A DNA stretch of 64,000 bases from an uncultured bacterium. GTDB taxonomy: Bacteria > Verrucomicrobiota > Verrucomicrobiia > Limisphaerales > UBA8199. The stretch spans positions 288,001 through 352,000 of the forward strand of contig CAVVMW010000006.1 of the NCBI GenBank assembly GCA_963749495.1, given 5' to 3'. The position numbers and the translations under genes are program-made. Of the stretch, positions 37,026-45,869 are shown one piece after another (the stretch's first letter is position 1; each line of letters begins with the position of its first letter). The notes beneath the pieces are model-generated. The model searched no databases. It saw nothing but the letters and a program-made list of their open reading frames with translations, and was not told where the DNA came from.

Positions 37026-38312
37026 TCAGTTCGCTGCGGCGAGCAGGCGCGGTTCGCCGGTTTCCGTTTCCACCGCTCGCGGTGCCCTATCCTCGGTGGA
37101 AAAATTAGGCCTGATGCCCAGTTCATAAATTGCGCTGATGAGGCAGCAGATGTTGTGGCAGAGCACTTTGCACAGCACTTCGTTTTTCATGGCGCTGTCG
37201 GTTTTGCTGCGCACATGGTCCCCGAACTTCGCCTTAATCATGCTCACGGTGCTCTCCACGTTCGACCGCTTGTGGTAGTGGGCCAGGAACTCGGCGCGTT
37301 TGAAGCTGAAAAAGTGATACATCTTTTCCCACAGACCGCCGCTTGTGCCCGTAGCTGAGACTTTGAACGCGATGAACGGAATCGCTCTGTGGCTGGCAAC
37401 CACCTTCGTATTGTTGACGCTGGAATAGCCCTTGTCGGCGCTCACCTCCGCCATTTCAAAATTCTTGCCGGTGGTTTCCACGAGTGACGGCAGGATTTTG
37501 GTGTCGCTGGCGTCCCGTTCGTGAATCTCAACCGCCGTCACCACGGTGGTCTTCACGCCGCACATCATGTGGCACTTCACCCAGTCATGCTCGTGGCGCA
37601 CCACACCATATTTTTGGTCAAACCAGCGCACGAAGCGGGAGGTCGTAAAACCGGTCGAGTCCACGGCGAAATCGGACTCGACCGCTTTCAGCGGCAGGCT
37701 GCTTTGGGTGATGAGGCCCGTCAGCACCGGCTCAAGCGCGGGATTTTCGAGGTAGTTGAAGATGCTGTTGTAGTGCGGCAGTTCCGAGATGCAGCCTTTC
37801 GCGTGGGCGTCTTTCAGGTCGCTGATGAACCGCCGACCGGAAAAGGTCGAGTAAATCTTGAACGTGACGGCGAAAACGGCATCAGACAGCAGGAGCCGGG
37901 GCCTGCCCTTAGTCTGCACCTGGTTTTGGATGCCGTCGCACAGGCCGCGCAGGAGGCTCTGGAATTGATGCTTTTCGTTGGTCTGCGCCTCATTATACGC
38001 TGGCCAGTCCTGCGGGTAGGTGGTCTTCTTCGTGGCCGTCAACGTGACGGTTTCGGTCACAGTCTCGGTGCCGTCGCCGTTTTGCTCGCGCTGGACCACG
38101 TATTCCGCAGCGAAGATGTGCTTGCATTTGCAGGCGCGGGTTTCGTGGTCCGGGCAGGTGCAGGTCGCTTTGTCCGGGTCGAGATGCACGGTGTATTTTC
38201 CGTTCCCGGACTGGGAGGGCACAATCCAGTCACCGTTCTTTTTGGTGATTTTTGAGAGGGCCGCGATAATCAAGCCTCGTTGCTGCCGTGGGTCGTTAGT
38301 GTTGTCTTTCAT
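37026..38312 (-). CDS. IS5-family DDE transposase with N-terminal SWIM zinc finger
   Basis: CTC..H...CKH SWIM; QDWPAYN; AVDSTG, ADKGY, YHKRSNVESTVSMIK. Confidence 0.88.
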   Translation of the reverse strand: MKDNTNDPRQQRGLIIAALSKITKKNGDWIVPSQSGNGKYTVHLDPDKATCTCPDHETRACKCKHIFAAEYVVQREQNGDGTETVTETVTLTATKKTTYPQDWPAYNEAQTNEKHQFQSLLRGLCDGIQNQVQTKGRPRLLLSDAVFAVTFKIYSTFSGRRFISDLKDAHAKGCISELPHYNSIFNYLENPALEPVLTGLITQSSLPLKAVESDFAVDSTGFTTSRFVRWFDQKYGVVRHEHDWVKCHMMCGVKTTVVTAVEIHERDASDTKILPSLVETTGKNFEMAEVSADKGYSSVNNTKVVASHRAIPFIAFKVSATGTSGGLWEKMYHFFSFKRAEFLAHYHKRSNVESTVSMIKAKFGDHVRSKTDSAMKNEVLCKVLCHNICCLISAIYELGIRPNFSTEDRAPRAVETETGEPRLLAAAN

Positions 38313-38431
38313 ATATTACTATTGGGAATATACCATAGATAACATACAAGCCAACAAGAAAATTCCGGTATATTTCAAGTCGGCTCGCGCTATTGGCATC
38401 GCTTAGGCTATACTCTTTAGTAATATACCCA

Positions 38432-38460
38432 TTGACATACCCACCCTAAAGTTGTAAATT
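38432..38460 (+). promoter_or_regulatory. Sigma70-type promoter, probably giving a leaderless transcript
   Basis: TTGACA-17 bp-TAAATT, with the ATG 6 nt after the -10 element. Confidence 0.65.
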
Positions 38461-38466
38461 TGCTTC

Positions 38467-38862
38467 ATGCCTAAAGTGCAGATATGGGGATTCCGGTGTG
38501 AACGGTGCGGCCATGAATGGGTGCCACGCGAAGGCGTCGAGCACCCGCAGGTATGCCCCAAGTGCAAAAGCCCTTACTGGGACAAGCCACGACGAGACGA
38601 AGTGAATCCAGAGCATCGTGTGACCTGTAGCCGGAAGGCTCACGAACTTGACCAAAAGACGGTTGAATACAGGCTGGTCAGAAATGACAAGCCGAAAGAC
38701 GGCTTTGGGTGGTTTTGGGCGAGTGACCTTGGAGACGGCACAATACAAATCGTGATAAAACCTGCCAATGGTGAGGCGGACGAAAAACTTGTGCAATCCG
38801 AAGCGGACTGCATCAGGACTCATCCAGGAAAATACCGCTTTAGCTGCTTTTCGCGTTCGTAA
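38467..38862 (+). CDS. Zinc-finger protein divergent from the transposase
   Basis: CERCGHEWVPR...CPKCKSPYWD. Confidence 0.75.
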   Translation: MPKVQIWGFRCERCGHEWVPREGVEHPQVCPKCKSPYWDKPRRDEVNPEHRVTCSRKAHELDQKTVEYRLVRNDKPKDGFGWFWASDLGDGTIQIVIKPANGEADEKLVQSEADCIRTHPGKYRFSCFSRS

Positions 38863-39140
38863 CCGATGTAACCTGGCAGGAGATTGGCGTCGGGCGGCGG
38901 TTCGAGACGAGAATCGTAAAGCACTTTACCCGTTTCATCTTCAACGTGGGCAAAGCAGTCGTCCAGCGCGAGTCTGTCACCCGGCACCCCACCCGGCGAA
39001 TAGGCCCTGATGTATTTTTTGCCGTCGCGGTCCACTTCGCCCACGAAGAACATGCGTGAATCGCTCACGACAATTCCGATGCCGCAGCCCTTGGGGAGAG
39101 GATTTCCGAACCAGTCCAAAAGCCTTTTTGGTTCTGCCAT
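38820..39140 (-). CDS. Hypothetical protein
   Basis: 106 aa, natural composition, no recognised motif. Confidence 0.45.
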   Translation of the reverse strand: MAEPKRLLDWFGNPLPKGCGIGIVVSDSRMFFVGEVDRDGKKYIRAYSPGGVPGDRLALDDCFAHVEDETGKVLYDSRLEPPPDANLLPGYIGYEREKQLKRYFPG

Positions 39141-39199
39141 GCCATAAAGAACCGATTTCGTGCTGATTTTTGTCGTTGAGTTTTTTGTTTACACTCTTA

Positions 39200-39406
39200 G
39201 GCAGCACCGTTTGGCGAGGACGGGTTGAAGTCTTCGGCTTGAGCGGCCACCCCAAGCCCAAACGCTGCTATGCCTGGAGTCACCCCGAAGGGCCAGACAA
39301 CCAGGACGAGCGGTTTGTGCCCGTGCTCCAACTGCCCCCGATAAAAGACCCCCAATCGGCGGTTAAAGCGGCGATTGTGAACGACTTCCGGCAGGGGAAA
39401 CATTAA
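39200..39406 (+). pseudogene. 5'-truncated remnant of a conserved hypothetical protein
   Basis: TVWxGxVEVFxLxGHPKxKRCYAWSH...FVPVLQLPP..P..AVKAAIV looks like the C-terminal part of a small protein I recall near transposases. No proper start codon. Confidence 0.45.
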
Positions 39407-39642
39407 GTGGATGCAGAACTGACGAAGCGCAAGATTTCTTCCCGTGGCACCCCGCATTGCTTGAGAACAATTGCCACATACCCTTGTGCAAAAGAGCGGT
39501 GCGTTGTCAGAATAACACGTTGCGTTCCGCCCTTTTTGCGGTATATTTCTGTTCGCAAGGTGCAACCAGCGAAAGTGTAATCCAGTTCTCGGAGCTTGTT
39601 AACTAAGCACGCCCTGGAAATCGTTTTGCATTCTGCGCTCAA
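39403..39642 (-). CDS. HicA-like toxin (divergent)
   Basis: About 75 aa; LVNKLRELDY...IYRK....RVILTTH...GYVAIVLKQCGV has a HicA-like layout; downstream of a HicB-like gene. Confidence 0.5.
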   Translation of the reverse strand: MSAECKTISRACLVNKLRELDYTFAGCTLRTEIYRKKGGTQRVILTTHRSFAQGYVAIVLKQCGVPREEILRFVSSAST

Positions 39643-39925
39643 TGTTGTAAGGAATGTCGAACTGAGGGCGTTCCGGTTTCTTGGGCATTTTGCCTTCCAC
39701 CGTCCATTTGTGCTCTCTGAGAAACATATCCAACTCCTCGCGCTTCAGTAAATCCGTGAATAACGCATTCAGAGATTCCTCGATAATCTCATGAAGCTCA
39801 GCCACGGTTTTCCCTTGGACCGATATGTTCAGCAGGTCACAGACGCCGACCCAGTAGCCAGACGCCCGGTCTTGGAATATAATCCAGAGAAGCTTAGCGT
39901 TTATTCTGACGACCTTCATCTGCAT
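39599..39925 (-). CDS. HicB-like antitoxin
   Basis: GYWVGVCDLLNISVQGKTVAELHEIIEESL matches the HicB N-terminal pattern. Confidence 0.6.
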   Translation of the reverse strand: MQMKVVRINAKLLWIIFQDRASGYWVGVCDLLNISVQGKTVAELHEIIEESLNALFTDLLKREELDMFLREHKWTVEGKMPKKPERPQFDIPYNIERRMQNDFQGVLS

Positions 39926-40218
39926 TTCGAGTAGTTCTTTTGTTCACGTTTCACGGTTGCTACGACACTACACGCTCAAACCTTTCATCTCAAGCTAAAT
40001 TCCTGCATTCCACAGAATTTGACCGTTCCGACGTTCGCACCATTCATTTATTGCAAAGCAGGAAATGTGCCGCCAACGCCCTTCCCACCCCCTACCGGTG
40101 CAATATTTGCACAAAATTCAAATTAGAACACTACGGTCGAATGCCCGTTTTTGGGCAGAATCCTGACTTTTTGTGCAACCGGGCTTTTTTAGGCAAAGCC
40201 GGTCCGACGCGTCAGACT

Positions 40219-41772
40219 TCACCTCCGGCCAATGACCCGGTAATAGCGCTGGCTGCTGGCGGCATTGACGATGTCGTTCACCGTGAGGACTCCTCCCGTT
40301 CCGGTCAAGCAAGCGAGGTCGGTGGCGGCGGACCAGGGCGTGGCGAGGCTGTCCTTGACCTGCACGCAGTAAGGCCGGCCTGGAGCGCTGTCCCAGGACA
40401 ATTGAACGGTGTTGTTGGCGAAGGCAAAGTTCAACGTGAGCGGCAGCTCGACGAGGGCGAAGTAGATGTCTTCCTCCCCATTGAACGTGGCCGCGTAGGC
40501 AATGCACGCCGCCGCGTCGAACGACACCATGCCGATGTAATCGCCCATCTTGTGTTGCCGCGGGGCGCCGGGTGGGGCAACGGGCCAACCCACCGAATGG
40601 TCGAAATTGGTGGTGAGGGCGGTGTTAGGCGACCAGGTCAGGCCGCCGTCCTGCGAGAAGGCGTAGAAGAGTTGGGAATGGGTTTGAGCGGGGTCGTTGC
40701 GAGTATCGTTCCAGCAGGCATCGAGCCTGCCATTGGGCGCAACGGAGAGGGTGCCGAACCAGTGATAGGCGTTGGCAGTGGGGGAATCGTCATTGACGCG
40801 GACCGGGGCGCTCCAGGTTGCGCCGCGGTCCAGGCTCCGGGCGAACATGACGTTGGCCGGGTTGCCAGTGCCGGTGACGGTGCTCAGAACATAGACGTTG
40901 CCGCGCGTGGGGCCGCTCGATTGGTCCACGGCGACCCAAGGCTGCCCGAGGAGTCCGTCAGGGTTTACCGGGCCGGTGGATGTGATGTCGGGCAGGCCAC
41001 CGCCCAGGTTGACCTCGGTGGTCAGGTCGAAGACCGGCGTTGCCGCCTGGTTCCAGGCATTGGTCGAACGGTTCAGCCAAAACGTGCTGCCGTCCCACCC
41101 GAACATGTAAACCTCCCCGCCGGGCCCCACCGCCAGCGTGCCCCAGTAGGGATACTGCGGGATCAAGATGGCATCGAGCCAGCTCTGGGCGCCGTCGGTG
41201 GAGCGGGTGAAGATCTTGTTGGGATTGTCGTTGGCATAATTGTAGGAGGGGCTCCAGGCCTGGTAGAGATTGCCGCGGCCGGGGCCGGAGGTCGTGTCAA
41301 TCGCCATCCACGGCTTGTCGCCGCCCTCTGCCAGGCCCATGAATTGCCAGTTCATTCCGCCGTTGGTGGACCGGAACATGTCGCAGTGATAGCCGTTGGT
41401 CAGACCCACCCCAAGGTAGTAAAAGGTGCCGTTCGCATCCGAAGCCAGGACCGGGTCGCTGCGAAAGATGCCGGGCTCGACCACACCGGGGAAAGTCCAG
41501 TTCAGGCCGCCGTTGGTCGTCCACGCCCATCCGCCCTGGCGAAAGTCGCTCGTCACGTGATCGAACTGGCGCCAGCCGATAGCCATCCGGTTCGGGTTGG
41601 TCGGGTCCACGCACACGGTAGGCTCGTTGGCCGCATCTCCCACGATGTTGTTGCCGGCCGCATCCACATTGACCTGGACACTGTCGCTGCGCAGCCCGGG
41701 AACCTGGGCCGCGGCGGCGATGGCTGAAATGGCCCAGAGGCAGACGACCAGGCGAGTTGAGGTCAATTTCAT
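40219..41772 (-). CDS. Secreted BNR/Asp-box (sialidase-like) beta-propeller protein
   Basis: Signal peptide; Asp boxes TTNGGLNW, STNGGMNW, STDGAQSW, SLDRGATW, SQDGGLTW; C-terminal W...YxVQ...W...YYRV domain. Confidence 0.8.
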   Translation of the reverse strand: MKLTSTRLVVCLWAISAIAAAAQVPGLRSDSVQVNVDAAGNNIVGDAANEPTVCVDPTNPNRMAIGWRQFDHVTSDFRQGGWAWTTNGGLNWTFPGVVEPGIFRSDPVLASDANGTFYYLGVGLTNGYHCDMFRSTNGGMNWQFMGLAEGGDKPWMAIDTTSGPGRGNLYQAWSPSYNYANDNPNKIFTRSTDGAQSWLDAILIPQYPYWGTLAVGPGGEVYMFGWDGSTFWLNRSTNAWNQAATPVFDLTTEVNLGGGLPDITSTGPVNPDGLLGQPWVAVDQSSGPTRGNVYVLSTVTGTGNPANVMFARSLDRGATWSAPVRVNDDSPTANAYHWFGTLSVAPNGRLDACWNDTRNDPAQTHSQLFYAFSQDGGLTWSPNTALTTNFDHSVGWPVAPPGAPRQHKMGDYIGMVSFDAAACIAYAATFNGEEDIYFALVELPLTLNFAFANNTVQLSWDSAPGRPYCVQVKDSLATPWSAATDLACLTGTGGVLTVNDIVNAASSQRYYRVIGRR

Positions 41773-41850
41773 GTTGACGCCAAACTACGCCATCCACACC
41801 CGCCAGACAAGCCGGAGGGCTGCCCCCAAATTCTCGCCCAGGCATTTTTT

Positions 41851-41917
41851 AACCACGGAATACACGGAACACACGGAAAGGGGCCTTTTTCCGTGTATTC
41901 CGTGTATTCCGTGGTTT
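41851..41917. repeat. Inverted 9-mer cassette (ACACGGAAT)x3 ... (TTCCGTGTA)x3
   Basis: aaccacggaatacacggaacacacggaa / ttccgtgtattccgtgtattccgtggtt. Confidence 0.85.
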
Positions 41918-41921
41918 ATTC

Positions 41922-43781
41922 TCAGCCCTGCCCCTGCGCGTCCTCCTGCCCCCGCCGAGCCAGAGGCTGCCGTTTGCATGACCTCATTTCCTGCTGGCGG
42001 CGGAGCAGGTCGTCGCGCTCGGCGTCAGTGATGCCGGGCTGGTTGATGCGCTGTCCTAGCGCGGCCACCTCACTATCGATGAACCGATCGCGGAGCCGTT
42101 CCAAAATCCCCCGCTTGTCCGAAAGCGACGGGTCTCCCTTCAGGACTTGCTCGGGATCCTCAAGCTCCCTTCGAAGGGCGACAGCTTCGGTGATGAGGTT
42201 GCGCGTCTCCGGGTCGTCGAATCTGTCCAGGAATCCAGCGATACCTCTCCAGGAACCGTCGCGATGTGAACCGATGCGCTCCTCGATGACACGTCGGACC
42301 ACCGGATCCCTTATCCATCGGGAGTCGAGGTGGTCCGCAACCCAGCCAACCAGGTCGTCGCTCCTGAGCAATAATCCCAGCAACCATCCTTCCAGGCCCG
42401 ACGCTCCCGCGTTCCGCTGCTGCTGGGCCGCCTCTTCAACCGGCGGCTCTTCCGCCCCGGATGCCGGCCTTGTCGCCCGCGCCATCTTTCTGAACTCGGC
42501 CCGCACGGCGTCGGGCGCGACCCCCAGGCGCAGGGCGGTCTTTTGGGCATATTTGTCGATGAGCACCCCGTTGCCGGTTTTGTGCACGGCCTCGGCCATG
42601 GCGCGCAGCACCGACAACCGGCCCCGGTCGGTGGCGACATCGTTCGAGCCGCACAGGCGGTTGAGGTAATAATCGAAGAACCCCTCTGCCCGTTGGATCA
42701 GTTGCCTGAAGGCCTCGCCGCCGGAGGCCCGGATGAAGCTGTCCGGGTCGTGCGGTTCCGGGGTGACCGCCACCCGCACCGCCAGCCCCGCCGCCAGGAG
42801 ATGGTCCAGCGAGCGCGCCGTCGCGTTTTGCCCCGCCGCGTCCGAATCGAAACAGAGCACGACCTCGTTGACGTAACGTTTGAGGATTCGCGCATGGTCG
42901 GCCGTGAAGGCGGTGCCCTGCGGAGCCACCACGTTTTGCACCCCGGCCATGAAACAGGCGATGAGATCGAGCTGCCCTTCGCAAACGATAGCGTAATCCG
43001 CCTCCACCAACGCCCGCCTCGACTTGTCGAGGCCAAAAAAGACCTTGCTCTTGGTGAAGATGGGCGTCTCCGGCGAATTGACGTACTTGGCGGTTTTTTC
43101 GTCGCCGGACAACACGCGGCCGCTGAAACCGATGACCCGCCCCTGCTCGTCGCAGATCGGGAAGATGAGCCGGCCCCGGAACCGGTCGTAATAATGGTCG
43201 CTCCCCTCCTTGCGCAGAATCAGCCCCGCCTTTTCAACCAGGCCCAGGTCGTGGCCCTTGCTCCGGGCCCAATTGACGGTGTCGTCCCAGGCCTCCGGGG
43301 CGCAGCCCAGGCGGAAGAGCTTCACCGCCTCGGGCGGGACCCGGCGTTTGGCCAGGTAATCCCGCGCCACCTGCCCGGCCGCCTCGTTGGCCAGCGCGCT
43401 TTGCCAGCGCTGGGTCAACTGCTCATGGACTTGCAGCAGCCGCTCCTTCAAATGTCGCGATTGCTGCTCCTCTCCGCCCCGCTCGTACTCCAGCGGGATC
43501 TTCGCCCGCTCCGCCAGCCGCCTCACCGCCTCGACAAAATCCACGTTCTCGTACTCCTTGACGAAGGTGAAGACGTCCCCGCCCTTGTGGCAGCCGAAAC
43601 AATGGAAGGTCTGCAGCCGCGGGCTCACGTTGAAGCTCGGGGTCTTCTCCCGGTGAAACGGGCACAGCGCCACGAAATTCGCCCCCGCCCGCTTGAGCGG
43701 AAAATACGAGCCGACGATATCCACAATGTCGCTCGCAGCGCGGATTTGCTCCAGCGTCTCTTGCGAAAACAGCCCGGCCAT
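41922..43781 (-). CDS. dnaG: DNA primase
   Basis: CPFH.EKTPSF..FHCFGC zinc finger, KYVNSPET, CEGQLD, CFDSDAAG TOPRIM. Confidence 0.96.
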   Translation of the reverse strand: MAGLFSQETLEQIRAASDIVDIVGSYFPLKRAGANFVALCPFHREKTPSFNVSPRLQTFHCFGCHKGGDVFTFVKEYENVDFVEAVRRLAERAKIPLEYERGGEEQQSRHLKERLLQVHEQLTQRWQSALANEAAGQVARDYLAKRRVPPEAVKLFRLGCAPEAWDDTVNWARSKGHDLGLVEKAGLILRKEGSDHYYDRFRGRLIFPICDEQGRVIGFSGRVLSGDEKTAKYVNSPETPIFTKSKVFFGLDKSRRALVEADYAIVCEGQLDLIACFMAGVQNVVAPQGTAFTADHARILKRYVNEVVLCFDSDAAGQNATARSLDHLLAAGLAVRVAVTPEPHDPDSFIRASGGEAFRQLIQRAEGFFDYYLNRLCGSNDVATDRGRLSVLRAMAEAVHKTGNGVLIDKYAQKTALRLGVAPDAVRAEFRKMARATRPASGAEEPPVEEAAQQQRNAGASGLEGWLLGLLLRSDDLVGWVADHLDSRWIRDPVVRRVIEERIGSHRDGSWRGIAGFLDRFDDPETRNLITEAVALRRELEDPEQVLKGDPSLSDKRGILERLRDRFIDSEVAALGQRINQPGITDAERDDLLRRQQEMRSCKRQPLARRGQEDAQGQG

Positions 43782-43970
43782 GAGTTAATCAACCGACTTT
43801 GATATAGCGGGCGGCGCCGCTGCCGCAACCAAAAAGAAGGGACCACGGGACGGGAGGGAATGACGAATGACGAATGACGAATGACGGAAGGGACCAAGGG
43901 ACCGCAGGAACGCGGGGCATGTCGTCATTCGTCATTCGTCATTCGTCATTCGTCATTCGCCGCTCGGCAC

Positions 43971-44577
43971 TTAAGAGGCCACGTTGAACTCGCGCAGGTG
44001 ATGTTCCCGGTGATCCGGCTCCGTGCGTTCGATGAGCAGGAAATCCAGGTGGTCGTGGATCCAAGGTCCGACCAACGATTTCTCGAAGATCGAGGCCTGG
44101 ACGGAATGGAGGGTGGGAAAAAGGTCGCTGCCGAATTCGGCGTTCTGGAAATCCTGCATCCGGCGGACATCGACAGCGGTGAAGCAACGGGCATTCAACA
44201 GGGCCAGGACTGCCAGCAGCACGCACGCGTGGCGGACCATGCCTGAGACCATGCCCAGGTAATATTCGCCGCGTCCAAAAATATCGCTGCCCAGAAGTTT
44301 GCCACCCACCGCCCGCTTCAGCAGGACGAAGAGGCAGGATGATCCCGAGCCCGCTCGCCATGTAGGCCACCAGGTAACCGGAGAGCCGCCCGAACAGCCC
44401 GGTCCGGGAGAGTTCCTCGCCCAATCCCCGGTAGAGGGTGGCCGAGCCGAACAGGACTGCCAGCCATTTCAGCACGTCCAGCAACTCCCCCGACATCCCG
44501 CGCCGCCGACCCCTGCACAGTCCGCTCACCAGGACGGCCAGGAGCAACAGGTCAAAAAAACCGATGGGCAGGTTCAT
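43971..44577 (-). CDS. cvpA: CvpA family membrane protein, +1 frameshift near 44330
   Basis: FDLLLLAVL...RGRRRGMSGELL; continues as ...YYLGMVSGMVR in ORF 43971..44309. Confidence 0.65.
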
Positions 44578-44889
44578 AAGGCCACTAATGCACACTTCAT
44601 CGGCCTTTTGTAAGCGAGTTTCGTACCACCCTCCATCACAGGGGCGCACGACCGACTTCTTCCGGCGCCCATATCCTGCCGCGTTTGGGCGGCGGGGAAG
44701 AATTCTGTCCCGCCCCTGGTCGCTCGCGGCTGGATTGTGGATTGTGGACTGCCCGTCCTCTCCTCCCTCCGCAGTAGCACTGCTACGGAGGACGGGCGCA
44801 GTAGCTCTGCTACGGAGGGTGGATGGACTGTGGACCGTGGACTGATTTGCTTTGACCTGCGTCCTTGCTTCCGTAATGTCCCTCGGGAA

Positions 44890-45630
44890 ATGACCAGCGC
44901 CCAGACCGCCCATTTGAGCCCGGAGGCCAAGGCCTCGTTGCCGAGGCATGTGGCCATCATTATGGACGGCAACGGGCGCTGGGCCCGTGAACGGAACCTG
45001 CCGCGCATCGAGGGCCACCGGGCGGGGGCGGAGTCGGCGCGCGTCATTATCCGCACCGCGGGCGAACTGGGCATCAAGTACCTCACCCTCTATGCCTTTT
45101 CAGTCGAAAACTGGAACCGGCCCAAGGAAGAGGTGGATGCCCTCATGAAATACCTGATCCACTATCTGAAGACCGAGACCCCCGAGTTGAACAAGAACAA
45201 CGTGCGGTTGGAGATCATCGGCCAGGTCTATCGGCTTCCCGAAGCCGTGCAAGAGCACCTCAGGAAGTCCATCGCCACCCTCTCCAGGAACAACGGCCTG
45301 ACCCTCATCATGGCCCTGAGCTATGGCGGGCGCACCGAGATCGTGGACGCCGTCCGCAGCCTCGCCAACAAGGTCCGCGCCGGGCAGCTTGACCCCGACA
45401 ACATCACCGAACAGGTCTTCGCCCAGCACCTCTACACGCGCAACCTCCCCGACCCCGACCTGCTCATCCGCACCAGCGGCGAGATGCGCGTGAGTAATTT
45501 CCTGCTCTGGCAGATCTCCTACACCGAATTGGTTGTCACCCAGACCCTCTGGCCCGATTTCCGCAAACCCCAGCTTTACGCCGCGCTGGAGGAATACAAC
45601 CGCCGCCACCGGCGCTTCGGCGGGATCTGA
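44890..45630 (+). CDS. uppS: Undecaprenyl diphosphate synthase
   Basis: HVAIIMDGNGRWA, YAFSVENWNRP, PDLLIRTSGEMRVSNFLLWQ. Confidence 0.96.
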   Translation: MTSAQTAHLSPEAKASLPRHVAIIMDGNGRWARERNLPRIEGHRAGAESARVIIRTAGELGIKYLTLYAFSVENWNRPKEEVDALMKYLIHYLKTETPELNKNNVRLEIIGQVYRLPEAVQEHLRKSIATLSRNNGLTLIMALSYGGRTEIVDAVRSLANKVRAGQLDPDNITEQVFAQHLYTRNLPDPDLLIRTSGEMRVSNFLLWQISYTELVVTQTLWPDFRKPQLYAALEEYNRRHRRFGGI

Positions 45631-45869
45631 GCGGCTTCACTCCGGGAGGAACAGGAGGGAACAGAGGTTCCTGACCCAAGCGCTCGGATTCCGTGCCTTT
45701 GTCGCAACCTCTCTCGCAACCTTTGTCGAACAATCGCCGATTCGACAAAGGTTTCGACAAAGGTTTCGACAAAGGACCTGGGGAATTCAGGCGGCCCCAT
45801 GCCTCGGTTTTCTCTGTTGCCTGCGCTTGCGGTGTTGTGTCCTGTTTCAGGACACCCAAACCGCCCGTC

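Larger units (their letters stand above)
35056..40200. mobile_element. 5.1-kb IS5-family (IS903-like ends) transposon with passenger genes
   Basis: Left end ggctttgcacaaaaagcc; right end reverse complement ggctttgcctaaaaaagcc. 9-bp flanks agtccgacg (35047-35055) and ggtccgacg (40201-40209). Visibly lower GC; central DDE transposase. Confidence 0.8.

Noticed and set aside
35056..40200. Prophage remnant or integrase-type island
   Set aside because: There is no integrase, tRNA target or phage gene. Inverted ends and a DDE enzyme explain the region better.
42060..42400. Possibly foreign, less GC-biased segment in the dnaG C-terminus
   Set aside because: The frame is intact and this region is normally divergent. 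The impression could not be quantified by eye.
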